Source: an uncultured Acidimicrobiales bacterium (lineage in GTDB: Bacteria; Actinomycetota; Acidimicrobiia; Acidimicrobiales; SHLQ01). From it: a stretch of DNA of 64,000 nt. The stretch is taken from contig CAYVHV010000007.1 of the NCBI GenBank assembly GCA_964451305.1, positions 20,616 to 84,615 of the forward strand, read 5' to 3'. Position 1 is the first letter of the stretch; every line of letters begins with the position of its first letter. The notes under the pieces are model-generated. The model made no database searches, was not told the DNA's origin, and saw only the letters and a program-made list of their open reading frames with translations. Of this stretch, positions 27,978 through 37,408 are shown one piece after another. The translations under genes and the position numbers were made by a program.

Positions 27978-28541
27978 ATGTCCCAAGAACCAACAGTAAA
28001 CATCCTCGCGCTCGCGGGAAGCTACCGATCGGGCTCGTTTAACCAAGCGCTGCTTCGTGCAGCGCGAGAAGTCGCACCCGATGGCGTCGAAATTTCCGAC
28101 TTCGACCTCCGGACGGTGCCGCACTTTGATGAAGACTTGGAGTCGAGCGGCCCGCCGCAGCCGGTCGTCGACCTCAAGGCTGCTGTCGTGGCTGCTGACG
28201 CGTTGCTCTTCGTGTCGCCCGAATACAACCACGGCATACCGGGCGTGCTTAAGAACGGACTCGACTGGTCATCGCGCATCTACCCAGATGCGCCACTCGG
28301 AGGCAAGCTCGCAGCGGTTATCGGCGCAACACCAGGACGCAGTGGAACCTCGTTCGCCCAAGCAAACCTGCGTGAGTCCCTGGGTGTGGCAGGCGCTGAG
28401 CTCGTCGAAGGGGAGCTGATGCTCGCGCGCGCCGGCGATGCGATCGAAGACGGTGTTGTCACCTCTGAAGACGTCAAGGCCCAGCTGCGTGCAGTGCTCG
28501 ATGCGATCGTTGCTGCCGTTGCTACCCAGGGGGCCGAATGA
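27978..28541 (+). CDS. NADPH-dependent FMN reductase
   Basis: ILALAGSYRSGSFNQALL and FVSPEYNHGIPGVLKNGLDW. Confidence 0.85.
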   Translation: MSQEPTVNILALAGSYRSGSFNQALLRAAREVAPDGVEISDFDLRTVPHFDEDLESSGPPQPVVDLKAAVVAADALLFVSPEYNHGIPGVLKNGLDWSSRIYPDAPLGGKLAAVIGATPGRSGTSFAQANLRESLGVAGAELVEGELMLARAGDAIEDGVVTSEDVKAQLRAVLDAIVAAVATQGAE

Positions 28542-28638
28542 GGCGTCCTCACATGCAGAATCGCAGTCGCGCTCGCACCGCGACGCCCATCGGCGCGAAG
28601 TTGCTTGCGACTAGCTCCCAGCTGCAATACTCGCCGTT

Positions 28639-29280
28639 GTGACACACGATCGACTCCATGTTCTAAACACCATTGCTCAGGAACAGATCATGCATTTGTT
28701 CCATCACCCCGATCCGACGGTCGCGACCCAGATCATCGACGCGATCGCAGCCGGTGGTGGAGTGGTGGTCGAGTTCCCCAATCGGGTCAAGTTCGCTCCC
28801 GCGGCATTCGAGGCTTTGAGGCGACACGTCGACGCGAACCACCCAGAGATGGTGCTCGGTGTCGGCTCGGTAGAAGACGCCGCGACCGCTGCACTGTTCA
28901 TATCGCTCGGAGCCGAATTCATCGTCTCGCCAATCTTTCTCGCAGAGACCGCCGAGCTGTGCAACCGGCACAAGGTTCCGTACCTGCCGGGCGCGATGAC
29001 CATCACCGAAATTGCTGAGGCCGAGCGTTATGGAGTCGAGTTCGTGAAGCTCTACCCAGCGATGAACCCGATGTTCATCCAGGCGGTACAGATGCCACGC
29101 CCGTGGAGCCGGCTCATCGCCAACGGTCCGATCGGTCCCGACGACGTTCGGACATGGCTCGATGCGGGTGCAACCGCGATCGGCACGATGGCATCGGTTC
29201 CGCCCGGAGCTGTCGAGTCAGGAAATTTCGACGAGATAACGGCTGCGGTTTCAGCACTGTCCGCAGCGAGAGGAAAGTAA
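28639..29280 (+). CDS. eda: KDPG/KHG-type class I aldolase
   Basis: VVVEFPNR, GVGSVEDA, FIVSP, PYLPGAMTITEI and VKLYPA match the Eda family along the full length. Confidence 0.75.
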   Translation: MTHDRLHVLNTIAQEQIMHLFHHPDPTVATQIIDAIAAGGGVVVEFPNRVKFAPAAFEALRRHVDANHPEMVLGVGSVEDAATAALFISLGAEFIVSPIFLAETAELCNRHKVPYLPGAMTITEIAEAERYGVEFVKLYPAMNPMFIQAVQMPRPWSRLIANGPIGPDDVRTWLDAGATAIGTMASVPPGAVESGNFDEITAAVSALSAARGK

Positions 29281-29283
29281 CTC

Positions 29284-29958
29284 ATGGCTGCTGATGTTCT
29301 CCTGTTCGACGTCAACGAAACGTTGCTCGATGTTAAAGCGTTAGGTTCGGCGTTCTCGGCAACCTTTGGCGACAGCGAGCTGTTACCGGAGTGGTTCGGT
29401 CTCCTATTGCGCTATTCGCTCGAAGTGAGCGTCACCGGCGACTACCGATCCTTCGATGAACTCGCCGTGGCTGCGCTCATGACCGCCGCGAACCGGGCCG
29501 AGAAACCGATCGATCACGACGAGGCCGCGGGCCTTGTGGATGCAATGTCACAGTTACCAGCGCACCCCGATGTTGCCGATGGGCTCGCTGCACTCTCCGC
29601 ATACGGATTTCGGCTCGCCACGCTGACCAATTCGCGACTCGAGGTTGCACACCAACAGCTCGAATCGGCTGGACTCACCTCACACTTCGACAAGGTGATG
29701 TCGGTCGAGAGCGTGAAGCGCTTCAAGCCTCACGCCGACACCTATCGGTACGCCGCCGAACAGCTCGATGTTCCCATCGGAGCGATCACGATGGTCGCTG
29801 CGCACGACTGGGATGTAAACGGAGCGCTGCTCGCCGGAGCAAACGCGGCGTTTATCGAACGGCCCGGCGCAGCTCGCGCCGCACACGACCGTATTCCCGA
29901 ACTCGTCGCACCCGATATTGGGGCGCTCGCAACGCTGCTTACCCAAGGAACCGAATAG
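29284..29958 (+). CDS. haloacid dehalogenase type II (HAD superfamily)
   Basis: N-terminal nucleophile motif LLFDVNETLLD, LATLTNS, KRFKPHADTY and AAHDWDVNGA. Confidence 0.8.
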   Translation: MAADVLLFDVNETLLDVKALGSAFSATFGDSELLPEWFGLLLRYSLEVSVTGDYRSFDELAVAALMTAANRAEKPIDHDEAAGLVDAMSQLPAHPDVADGLAALSAYGFRLATLTNSRLEVAHQQLESAGLTSHFDKVMSVESVKRFKPHADTYRYAAEQLDVPIGAITMVAAHDWDVNGALLAGANAAFIERPGAARAAHDRIPELVAPDIGALATLLTQGTE

Positions 29959-29960
29959 CA

Positions 29961-32033
29961 ATGGACGTTTCCCACGCTGAAGACCTCGACGCGCTCGCGA
30001 TCACGACGCTTCGAACCCTCGCCATCGATGCCGTTGAAGAGGCAGGCTCTGGGTATCCGGGCACCGCAATGGCGTTGGCGCCGGTGGTCTACACGATCTA
30101 CTCCGAACATCTTCGCTACGACCCTGACGATCCAACGTGGGAGAACCGCGATCGGTTCGTTCTTTCGGTCGGGCATGCGAGTAACCTGTTGTACGGCATG
30201 TTGCATCTCTCGGGTGTGAAGTCGGTGGATCCATCGACCGGTCCGGTCGGTGAGCCTGCGATGACCGTGGACGACATTCGCGGTTATCGATCGGGTACAA
30301 CACGGGCGACTGGACACCCCGAATACGGCGTGGTCGCCGGCGTTGAAACATCGACCGGCCCGCTTGGGCAAGGACTCGCAAACTCCGTCGGTATGGCGAT
30401 AGCGCAGCGCTTCAAAGCTGCAACCTTCGATGTCGATGGCCAAGGGTTGTTCGATCACGAGGTGATCGCCGTCGGGGGAGACGGCGATGTCATGCAGGGC
30501 ATTGCCTACGAGGCAGCGTCCTATGCGGGCCATCAGCGTCTGTCGAACCTGTGCTGGATCTACGACAACAACAACATCACGATCGAAGGCTCGACCGAGC
30601 TTGCGTTCACCGAAGATGTCGCTGGTCGTTTCACGGCGCTTGGCTGGTCGGTGATCGAAGTCGCAGATGCGAACGACCGAGACGCGATCCGCGCCGCGCT
30701 GGCAGCGTTTCGCGCCGAACAGCACCAACCGACCATGATCATCGTGACCAGCGAGATCGGCTGGGGCTCGCCGAACTTCCAGGGCCAGCAGCGAATGCAC
30801 GGGATTCCACTTGGTCCCGAAGAAACCAAGCTCACCAAAGCTGCATACGGCTGGCCAGAAGACAGCAACTTCTTGGTGCCAGACGAAGTTCTCGAACATG
30901 TCCAGGCAACGTTCTGCGCCCGAGGACGAGCCGCCCGAGATGCATGGAACGAGCAATGGGCGACCTTTGCCGATGCTCACCCAGAGGCGGCTCGGAGCAT
31001 CGAACAGATGCGAAACAACGAACTCCCAGACGGCTGGGATGCCGATATGCCTCGCTGGGATGACCCAACGGAGATGGTGGCGGTACGAGAGGCCTCCTTC
31101 GCATCGATCAACGCGTTCGCCCCGAATATCCCGTGGCTCGTCGGCGGGGCATCGGACACCGCGATGAAGTCGATGACGCTGATGTGGTTTCCTGAGGCCG
31201 GAGGTGCACAACCCGGTAGTCCGGCAGGGCGGAACATGCACTACGGCACTCGCGAACACGGTATGGCCGGAATCGCGAACGGACTCGCGCTGTCGGGTGT
31301 CCGTAACTACGACTCTGCCTACCTCGTGTTTAGCGAATACGCCCGCGGCGCGATTCGTCTCTCGGCGCTCATGGGAGTGCCGGTGATTCACGTCCTCACG
31401 AACGACTCGTTCCAAGTCGGCCCCGACGGGCCTACCCATCAGCCGATCGGGCATCTTGCGACGTATCGGGCAATGCCGAACATCACGATCATTCGCCCAG
31501 CCGACGCGAACGAAACCGCGGTCGCGTGGCGAACGGCCTTGGCTCGGACCGATGGCCCGACGATCCTGTCGATCGCTCACCAGAAGGTTCCCGTTATCGA
31601 TCGCTCGGTCTTCGGGTCGGCCGATGGTGTGGCGCGAGGCGGCTATGTGCTCGCCGATCCACCCGACGGCGCCGAGATCGATGCGATCATCATCGCCACG
31701 GGCGCAGAGGTTCACCTCGCGATCGAGACCCGAGCGCTACTGGCCGAAGACGGCGTAAATGTCCGAATCGTGAACCTCGCATCGTGGGAGATATTCGAAG
31801 CACAATCCAGCGACTACCGCGAATCGGTCTTGCCCGCAGCGATCCGTGCTCGTGTCACTGTGGAGGAAGCAGCGACCATTGGATGGCACCGTTACGCGGG
31901 CGATGCGGGAGAGGTGCTCGGAATCGATACCTTTGGGCTATCGGCTCCTGCGCCAGTGCTCCAGCAGCGATTCGGATTCACTCCAGACGATGTTGCCGCA
32001 GCGACCAAACGCGTTATCGCGAACGCCAGCTGA
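29961..32033 (+). CDS. tkt: transketolase
   Basis: GHPE...TGPLGQGLANSVGMA, GDGDVMQGIAYEA, the GPTHQPI motif (GPDGPTHQPIGHL) and RPADANE; 690 aa. Confidence 0.93.
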   Translation: MDVSHAEDLDALAITTLRTLAIDAVEEAGSGYPGTAMALAPVVYTIYSEHLRYDPDDPTWENRDRFVLSVGHASNLLYGMLHLSGVKSVDPSTGPVGEPAMTVDDIRGYRSGTTRATGHPEYGVVAGVETSTGPLGQGLANSVGMAIAQRFKAATFDVDGQGLFDHEVIAVGGDGDVMQGIAYEAASYAGHQRLSNLCWIYDNNNITIEGSTELAFTEDVAGRFTALGWSVIEVADANDRDAIRAALAAFRAEQHQPTMIIVTSEIGWGSPNFQGQQRMHGIPLGPEETKLTKAAYGWPEDSNFLVPDEVLEHVQATFCARGRAARDAWNEQWATFADAHPEAARSIEQMRNNELPDGWDADMPRWDDPTEMVAVREASFASINAFAPNIPWLVGGASDTAMKSMTLMWFPEAGGAQPGSPAGRNMHYGTREHGMAGIANGLALSGVRNYDSAYLVFSEYARGAIRLSALMGVPVIHVLTNDSFQVGPDGPTHQPIGHLATYRAMPNITIIRPADANETAVAWRTALARTDGPTILSIAHQKVPVIDRSVFGSADGVARGGYVLADPPDGAEIDAIIIATGAEVHLAIETRALLAEDGVNVRIVNLASWEIFEAQSSDYRESVLPAAIRARVTVEEAATIGWHRYAGDAGEVLGIDTFGLSAPAPVLQQRFGFTPDDVAAATKRVIANAS

Positions 32034-32105
32034 CGAGCAAACGAAGAACCCACGTATGACAAACGCCGCACGCTCGCTCGAGTGGGCGTGCCTAGGAGAA
32101 CCTCC

Positions 32106-32774
32106 ATGCCCGACATTCCAGATCGTTCGCTCATCGACGGGCTCGCAACCGCCGACATCGTCGATGCCCTCGCGAAGAGTTTCAAACACCGCACCCACAT
32201 CATCGATGTCGTCTCACCAGATCCGTCCAAGGTGTTATTTGGGCCGGCGGTAACGGTCGGCTTTGTTCCGGTCCGCGAAGACCTGATGGATGTACACAAA
32301 CACAGTCTCGGCCCAGCCATTTATCGTGCCTTGGGAGATCGCGAGAAGGAGGGGCGCGTCCTCGTCATGTCGTCTGGCGGCAACCCCGATATCTCGCTCG
32401 GTGGGTCCACGAAACTCTCACGGGTTACCAACCACGGCCTTGCCGGTGTGCTGTGCGACGGACGGCTACGAGACTTCGATGAGCTCAAAGACTTCCCGGG
32501 AGCGTTCTACTGCTCGGGTGAAGCAGTACGCGGAGGGGGCAACCTCATTCAGCCGTACCTCGCCGACACCGCAATACAGGTCGGTGAAGTCACCGTCGTG
32601 CCTGGTGACATCATCTTTGCTGACTCCACGGGGGCGGCGGTTATTCCCGCAGCACACGCAGAGAACGTCCTCGAAACCGCTCAGATGATCAAACAGATGG
32701 CTGGCGACATGGCCGGCAAAATTAAGGGCGAGGACCCCGAAGACGTTCTCGAGAACGGCAGCATGGAGGCGTGA
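32106..32774 (+). CDS. RraA-family protein (4-hydroxy-4-methyl-2-oxoglutarate/oxaloacetate-decarboxylating aldolase-like)
   Basis: GLAGVLCDGRLRDFDEL...VVPGDIIFADSTGAAVIP. AGGAGA lies upstream of the ATG at 32106. Confidence 0.75.
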   Translation: MPDIPDRSLIDGLATADIVDALAKSFKHRTHIIDVVSPDPSKVLFGPAVTVGFVPVREDLMDVHKHSLGPAIYRALGDREKEGRVLVMSSGGNPDISLGGSTKLSRVTNHGLAGVLCDGRLRDFDELKDFPGAFYCSGEAVRGGGNLIQPYLADTAIQVGEVTVVPGDIIFADSTGAAVIPAAHAENVLETAQMIKQMAGDMAGKIKGEDPEDVLENGSMEA

Positions 32775-32779
32775 AAACG

Positions 32780-34441
32780 ATGAATGCAGCAGAACAATTG
32801 GTGGACGCCCTCGTGGCCGAGGGAGTTTCGCTCGTCTTTGGGATTCCTGGAGACGAGAACCTCCCGTTTGTTGAAGCGGTATCGGCCTCAGATGACATCA
32901 CCTTCGTCCTCACCCGACACGAGGCCGCGGCGGGCTTCATGGCCGCCGCACATGGACACCTCACCGGACGGTTAGCCGTTGCGATGTCGACGCTCGGCGC
33001 GGGGGCGACGAACTTGATGACGTCGGTCGCCCACGCATGGCTCGCGGAGTCACCAATGATCGTCCTTACGGGGCAAAAGCCCGTGTTGGACAACACGCAA
33101 GGGCGGTACCAACTCTTGGACGTCGTCGAGTTGATGACGCCGATCACCAAGTCGGCAACGTCGGTGCCGTCCGCGGCCGCTCTACCGGGCATCATTGCCG
33201 AGGCCATCCATGTCGCACTCGAATATCCGCAAGGCCCCGTCCATATCGAACTACCGCTCGATGTCGCATCCGAACCCATTGGACCACATCCTCTTCTCCC
33301 GATCGGCCGAGCCGAGCAGCCGGTCGCGTCCAACGCTGCGATCGAGAACGCTGCCACGGTCCTATCGAACGCCGACCGTCCGCTGATCCTCCTCGGAGGC
33401 AGCGCCAATGCTCGAGACGGTGTGCCCGACGCGGTTCGCAATCTGATCGCCACGACCGGGATTCCGTTTATCTGCACGATGATGGGCAAGGGCGTGGGCG
33501 ACGAAACGAGCGACCAGTTCTTGGGCTCTGCTGGCATGCCCGGCATGGGATTCCCGCACTGCGCCGTGCAGCACAGCGATGTCGTTCTCGCCGTTGGCCA
33601 CAACGTCATGGAGAAGGCGCCGTTCATTATGGACCCAGCCGATGAGCGAACGGTGATCCACCTCCACGACTCCGAAGCCACAGCCGACACGATCTGGTTC
33701 CCGCAGCACCAAGTCGTTGGAGACATGGCACACACCCTCACCGAGTTGTCCGCCCGTCTGGCGAACGCTTCGTGGCACCTCGACGGATTCGAGAAGTTGC
33801 GCGGGGCTGCAGTGGCGGCGCTGATGGCAGAACCCTCCGACCCAATCGAGGGCGTTCTCAAGCCGCAGCATGTCGCGAGGACCGTGCGTGGTTTCATGGC
33901 CCCCGAAGACATCATCAGCCTCGACAATGGCATCCACAAACTCTGGATGACCCGGAACTACCCGGCGCTGGCGCCTCGAACAATCCTCGTGGACTCTGCC
34001 CTCGGTTCGATGGGCACGGGCGTGCCGGCCGCGATCGCTGCAAAGCTCGTCTACCCCGAACGCAAGGTCGTTGCCGTGATCGGCGACGGTGGGTTCTTGA
34101 TGAGCGGTCAGGAGATCGAGACAGCGGTACGTCTTGGGCTCGACCTCACGGTCGTGATCTTCAACGATGGAGGCCTCGGCATGATCCGCCTGAAACAACA
34201 GATGCTCGGCAACGCCGTTCACGGCGTCGAGTTCGGCTCGGTCGAAGTGTCGTCCTACGCCGCAGGGTTTGGCGCGAGCGGAGTGTCGGTTGCGAGCCCT
34301 GACGAACTGGCCGACGCCCTCTCGAACGCAGCGACGAGCGGCGGTGTCCACGTCATCGACGTTCCGGTCGATTACGGCGAGAACGCAAAGCTGATGGCGT
34401 CGATGAAGATGCTCGACTGCGCTGCGATTGTGAGCGCATAG
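32780..34441 (+). CDS. thiamine-diphosphate-dependent enzyme of the acetolactate synthase large-subunit family
   Basis: AAEQLVDALVAEGVSLVFGIPGDENL at the N-terminus and the TPP-binding motif GDGGFLMSGQEIETAVR...VVIFNDGG. GGAGG lies 10 nt upstream of the ATG at 32780, and an alternative GTG exists at 32771. Confidence 0.85.
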   Translation: MNAAEQLVDALVAEGVSLVFGIPGDENLPFVEAVSASDDITFVLTRHEAAAGFMAAAHGHLTGRLAVAMSTLGAGATNLMTSVAHAWLAESPMIVLTGQKPVLDNTQGRYQLLDVVELMTPITKSATSVPSAAALPGIIAEAIHVALEYPQGPVHIELPLDVASEPIGPHPLLPIGRAEQPVASNAAIENAATVLSNADRPLILLGGSANARDGVPDAVRNLIATTGIPFICTMMGKGVGDETSDQFLGSAGMPGMGFPHCAVQHSDVVLAVGHNVMEKAPFIMDPADERTVIHLHDSEATADTIWFPQHQVVGDMAHTLTELSARLANASWHLDGFEKLRGAAVAALMAEPSDPIEGVLKPQHVARTVRGFMAPEDIISLDNGIHKLWMTRNYPALAPRTILVDSALGSMGTGVPAAIAAKLVYPERKVVAVIGDGGFLMSGQEIETAVRLGLDLTVVIFNDGGLGMIRLKQQMLGNAVHGVEFGSVEVSSYAAGFGASGVSVASPDELADALSNAATSGGVHVIDVPVDYGENAKLMASMKMLDCAAIVSA

Positions 34442-35797
34442 ATGAGCCACTACCACCGCCAAGCACTATCTGCGCTCGACTCGGACGTATCTGGAGTCCT
34501 GCACACCTCTGATGAACTCCGTGTTGTCTTGGGTGAGCGCAGCCTCATCGAGCGATACCTCGAAGTCGAGTCGGCACTAGCAATGGTGCAGGCAGAAGCC
34601 GAGATGATCCCGGTCGAGGCCGCAGTGGCCATCGGAAAGATACGAGTCGACGATCTCGACTTCGCCGTTCTGGCTGAAAAGATGGCGCTCGTCGGGTATC
34701 CGGTCGTCGGCCTTGTCGAACAAATCGTTTCGATCGTTCCGAACGGCCTTGGCCAATACGCCCATTGGGGAGCAACGACCCAAGACATCATGGACACCGC
34801 GCTGATCCTCCAAATTCGGGCTGCGTTCGATGAGATCATGCTCGACCTTGCAATGCTCGTTCGGGTGTTGAGCGAGTTGGCCGACAAGCATCGGCACACT
34901 CCCGTCGCCGGCCGAAGCCAAATGCAGCAGGCGGTCCCGATCACCTTTGGGTATCGCGTTGCGGGCTGGCTATCGCCGATCTTGCGCCATATCGAACGAC
35001 TCGTGCAGCTGCGGCCGAGAGTCGAAGTCGTGCAGTTCGGCGGAGCCGTCGGAACGCTGGCGTCCATTGCCCCCGATGGGATGAAGATCAGGGCACGTCT
35101 AGCCGAAGTGCTCGGCCTTGGAGACCCCGACGTCAGCTGGCACTCCGGCCGAGACCGGATCGTCGAGGTTGTCTCGTGGACCGCCCAGTTGTCCTCATCT
35201 ATCTCAAAGATCGGGCACGATATTGCGTTGAGTGCTCAGACCGAACTTGGCGAGCTCGCGGAAGGCACTGCGGTCGGCGGGGGTACGTCGAGCACGATGC
35301 CCCAAAAACGCAACCCGATCCTGTCTCAACAGCTCATGAGATCCGGTCGGCTCACCCGTTCCTACCTGGATCTTGCGCTCGATGGAGCGATGGCCGATCA
35401 CGATCGTGCCACCGCAGCGTGGGCGCTCGAGTGGAATTCGGTCGCTCCGTCGATCGCTGTTGCTGGGGGAGCAGTGGATGCAGCGCGTCGACTGATCGCC
35501 GACCTCGAAGTTAATTCGGCTGCAATGACGAGGAACTTGGGCGAAACCGGTGGAGCGATCATGGCCGAAGCGGTCATGATGACGCTCGCCAACGAGCGCG
35601 GCCGTCAAGCGGCCCATGACGAGGTGGCCGAAATGGTTCGTGAGGCCTCCGCGTCGAGAAAGACCTTTGCCGAGGTGGTCGAGGTGCGTGCGCCCGAGGC
35701 CGTGAGCGCTCTCGATCCGCTGAACTACCTCGGTCATGCCGATGATCAGATCAATGCGGTCCTTTTGGAAGCCGACCGCGTGCTCGCAAGCTTGTGA
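34442..35797 (+). CDS. fumarate-lyase superfamily enzyme (3-carboxy-cis,cis-muconate cycloisomerase/adenylosuccinate lyase-like)
   Basis: Signature GGTSSTMPQKRNPILSQ, and HWGATTQDIMDT. Confidence 0.8.
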   Translation: MSHYHRQALSALDSDVSGVLHTSDELRVVLGERSLIERYLEVESALAMVQAEAEMIPVEAAVAIGKIRVDDLDFAVLAEKMALVGYPVVGLVEQIVSIVPNGLGQYAHWGATTQDIMDTALILQIRAAFDEIMLDLAMLVRVLSELADKHRHTPVAGRSQMQQAVPITFGYRVAGWLSPILRHIERLVQLRPRVEVVQFGGAVGTLASIAPDGMKIRARLAEVLGLGDPDVSWHSGRDRIVEVVSWTAQLSSSISKIGHDIALSAQTELGELAEGTAVGGGTSSTMPQKRNPILSQQLMRSGRLTRSYLDLALDGAMADHDRATAAWALEWNSVAPSIAVAGGAVDAARRLIADLEVNSAAMTRNLGETGGAIMAEAVMMTLANERGRQAAHDEVAEMVREASASRKTFAEVVEVRAPEAVSALDPLNYLGHADDQINAVLLEADRVLASL

Positions 35798-35909
35798 GGC
35801 TGCCAGCCGCTGCGTTCTAGCGAGTTCTTTTGGCGCGGACGCGAGTCGCCGGCAGTAGGTTAGAAATGAGCGGAAGTGCCGCCTTCAGTACCTAGTGAAA
35901 GAACATTAA

Positions 35910-36197
35910 ATGTCAGACACTTTGACCGTCGATACGCTCGCCGAACTTCTGAACACCGCAGCGCACAAACACCACGAGGTGTTCATGGAGGCAGATGGCA
36001 TCGATCCAGATTGGGCCATGTGGTACGCGGGATTCCTGCAAGCTCATTTGTTCGATCACGTCGAGAAGATTCCCGCTCGCAGCTCGTTAATCCACATGCT
36101 TATCCAAGCAGATATGGATCACCCAGCAATGGGCGGACCTGCCGAATGGACTCCCGTGTATGCAGCCGACATGCTGCCGAAAATCCTCGGGGCATAA
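35910..36197 (+). CDS. hypothetical small protein (95 aa)
   Basis: The ORF has coding-like third-position GC, but I recognise no family. Confidence 0.4.
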   Translation: MSDTLTVDTLAELLNTAAHKHHEVFMEADGIDPDWAMWYAGFLQAHLFDHVEKIPARSSLIHMLIQADMDHPAMGGPAEWTPVYAADMLPKILGA

Positions 36198-36260
36198 GGT
36201 TTCGAGCGAACCCCGGCTCGCCTCGCGTACTTCGGAGCGTTCTCTACTATTCTGCGCAGA

Positions 36261-36770
36261 ATGGTTGAGAGTCAATGGAACGCAACGATCGACGAACTAC
36301 GTGAGGCGCTGGTCGCTGGAACAGCTCCGGGTGATGTGGAGCTCACCGGCGAAACCACCGCACAGTTCGGTGCTGCCGAGCTGGTCACGGTGGTTGAAGC
36401 ATCGGGGGGAGACGTCGAGACACAAACAGCGGCGTATGCGGACCTCTGTGCGGTTCTCGATGCACGTTTGAAGGTCGGAGCGAGCCAAGTCCTCGGGTGT
36501 CTGGTGATCGAAGGATCGCCAGACCCCGATGCCTTTCTCACCGGACTTGATCACATGCTGCGAGCCGACGGCACATTCACGCCGGTGCTGCCACTGTCGA
36601 TCGACCAAGCAGCACAAATCGTGAACTCGGGGAGCACGCTGCTCGACGTCGTCGACCCTGCCACCGCGCTGATCGAGGTTGCAGCCTCTCGGAAACCGCC
36701 GACCCACGATGCGGCAACGACCGCGCTCGAGGAGATCGAAGAACTCATCTCACGCGAAACGGAGGCGTAA
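36261..36770 (+). CDS. hypothetical protein (169 aa)
   Basis: Coding-like composition, and its stop overlaps the next start (ATGA at 36767-36770). I recognise no family. Confidence 0.5.
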   Translation: MVESQWNATIDELREALVAGTAPGDVELTGETTAQFGAAELVTVVEASGGDVETQTAAYADLCAVLDARLKVGASQVLGCLVIEGSPDPDAFLTGLDHMLRADGTFTPVLPLSIDQAAQIVNSGSTLLDVVDPATALIEVAASRKPPTHDAATTALEEIEELISRETEA

Positions 36771-37408
36771 TGATATCGGACGCGCTCGAACTCGTCGACT
36801 ATCGACGCCGAGTTGCCACGCTGTATAGCGATATCCAACGCAGCGGCGTCGGGCCCGACAGCTGGCTGGTATGGCGCCGCGCCCGTACCGAGCTGCTGCT
36901 GACACACCCGCAGAGCCCGATCGTCAATCGCAACGAGTTCTCAGAGGAATCGCTCTCATACTTCGAGTACGACCCATCATGGAACGTCATCGGTACGGTC
37001 GAACCGCTCGCTGATGACGAAGAGCCAGCAAAGGTTGCTGGCGGACCGTCGACGTTCACACAGATTGGCTCGGTGCTCTTCGAGCGCAACGGTGAGAGCC
37101 ATTCACTTGCGCTCTTTTGGCTCGATGCCTACGGCGGTGGCTTGCTCGTCCCGTTTCGCGACAAGACCAATGGCACCTCGACCTACGGAGCGGGTCGGTA
37201 CATCCTCGACGGGGCGAAGTCGGCCGATCTCGGTGCGGCTGGCCAAAATGAACTCGTCCTCGACTTCAACTTCTCGTATCACCCGTCATGCATGTGGGAC
37301 CCACAGTGGCCGTGTCCACTCGCCCCGCCAACAAGCCATCTTGCCGTTGAAGTCGCTGCGGGCGAGAAAATGCCCGAGCAACTCATGGCACCGGTGGAGT
37401 CCTCGTAG
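36770..37408 (+). CDS. DUF1684 domain protein
   Basis: [33 protein letters not shown]...[21 protein letters not shown]. Confidence 0.8.
   Translation: MISDALELVDYRRRVATLYSDIQRSGVGPDSWLVWRRARTELLLTHPQSPIVNRNEFSEESLSYFEYDPSWNVIGTVEPLADDEEPAKVAGGPSTFTQIGSVLFERNGESHSLALFWLDAYGGGLLVPFRDKTNGTSTYGAGRYILDGAKSADLGAAGQNELVLDFNFSYHPSCMWDPQWPCPLAPPTSHLAVEVAAGEKMPEQLMAPVESS

Noticed and set aside
29742-31715. 657-aa minus-strand ORF
   Set aside because: It lies antisense to transketolase, has Arg-rich junk composition and matches no motif.
32722-34462. Minus-strand ORFs of 405 and 366 aa
   Set aside because: They lie antisense to the ThDP enzyme gene and are shadow frames.
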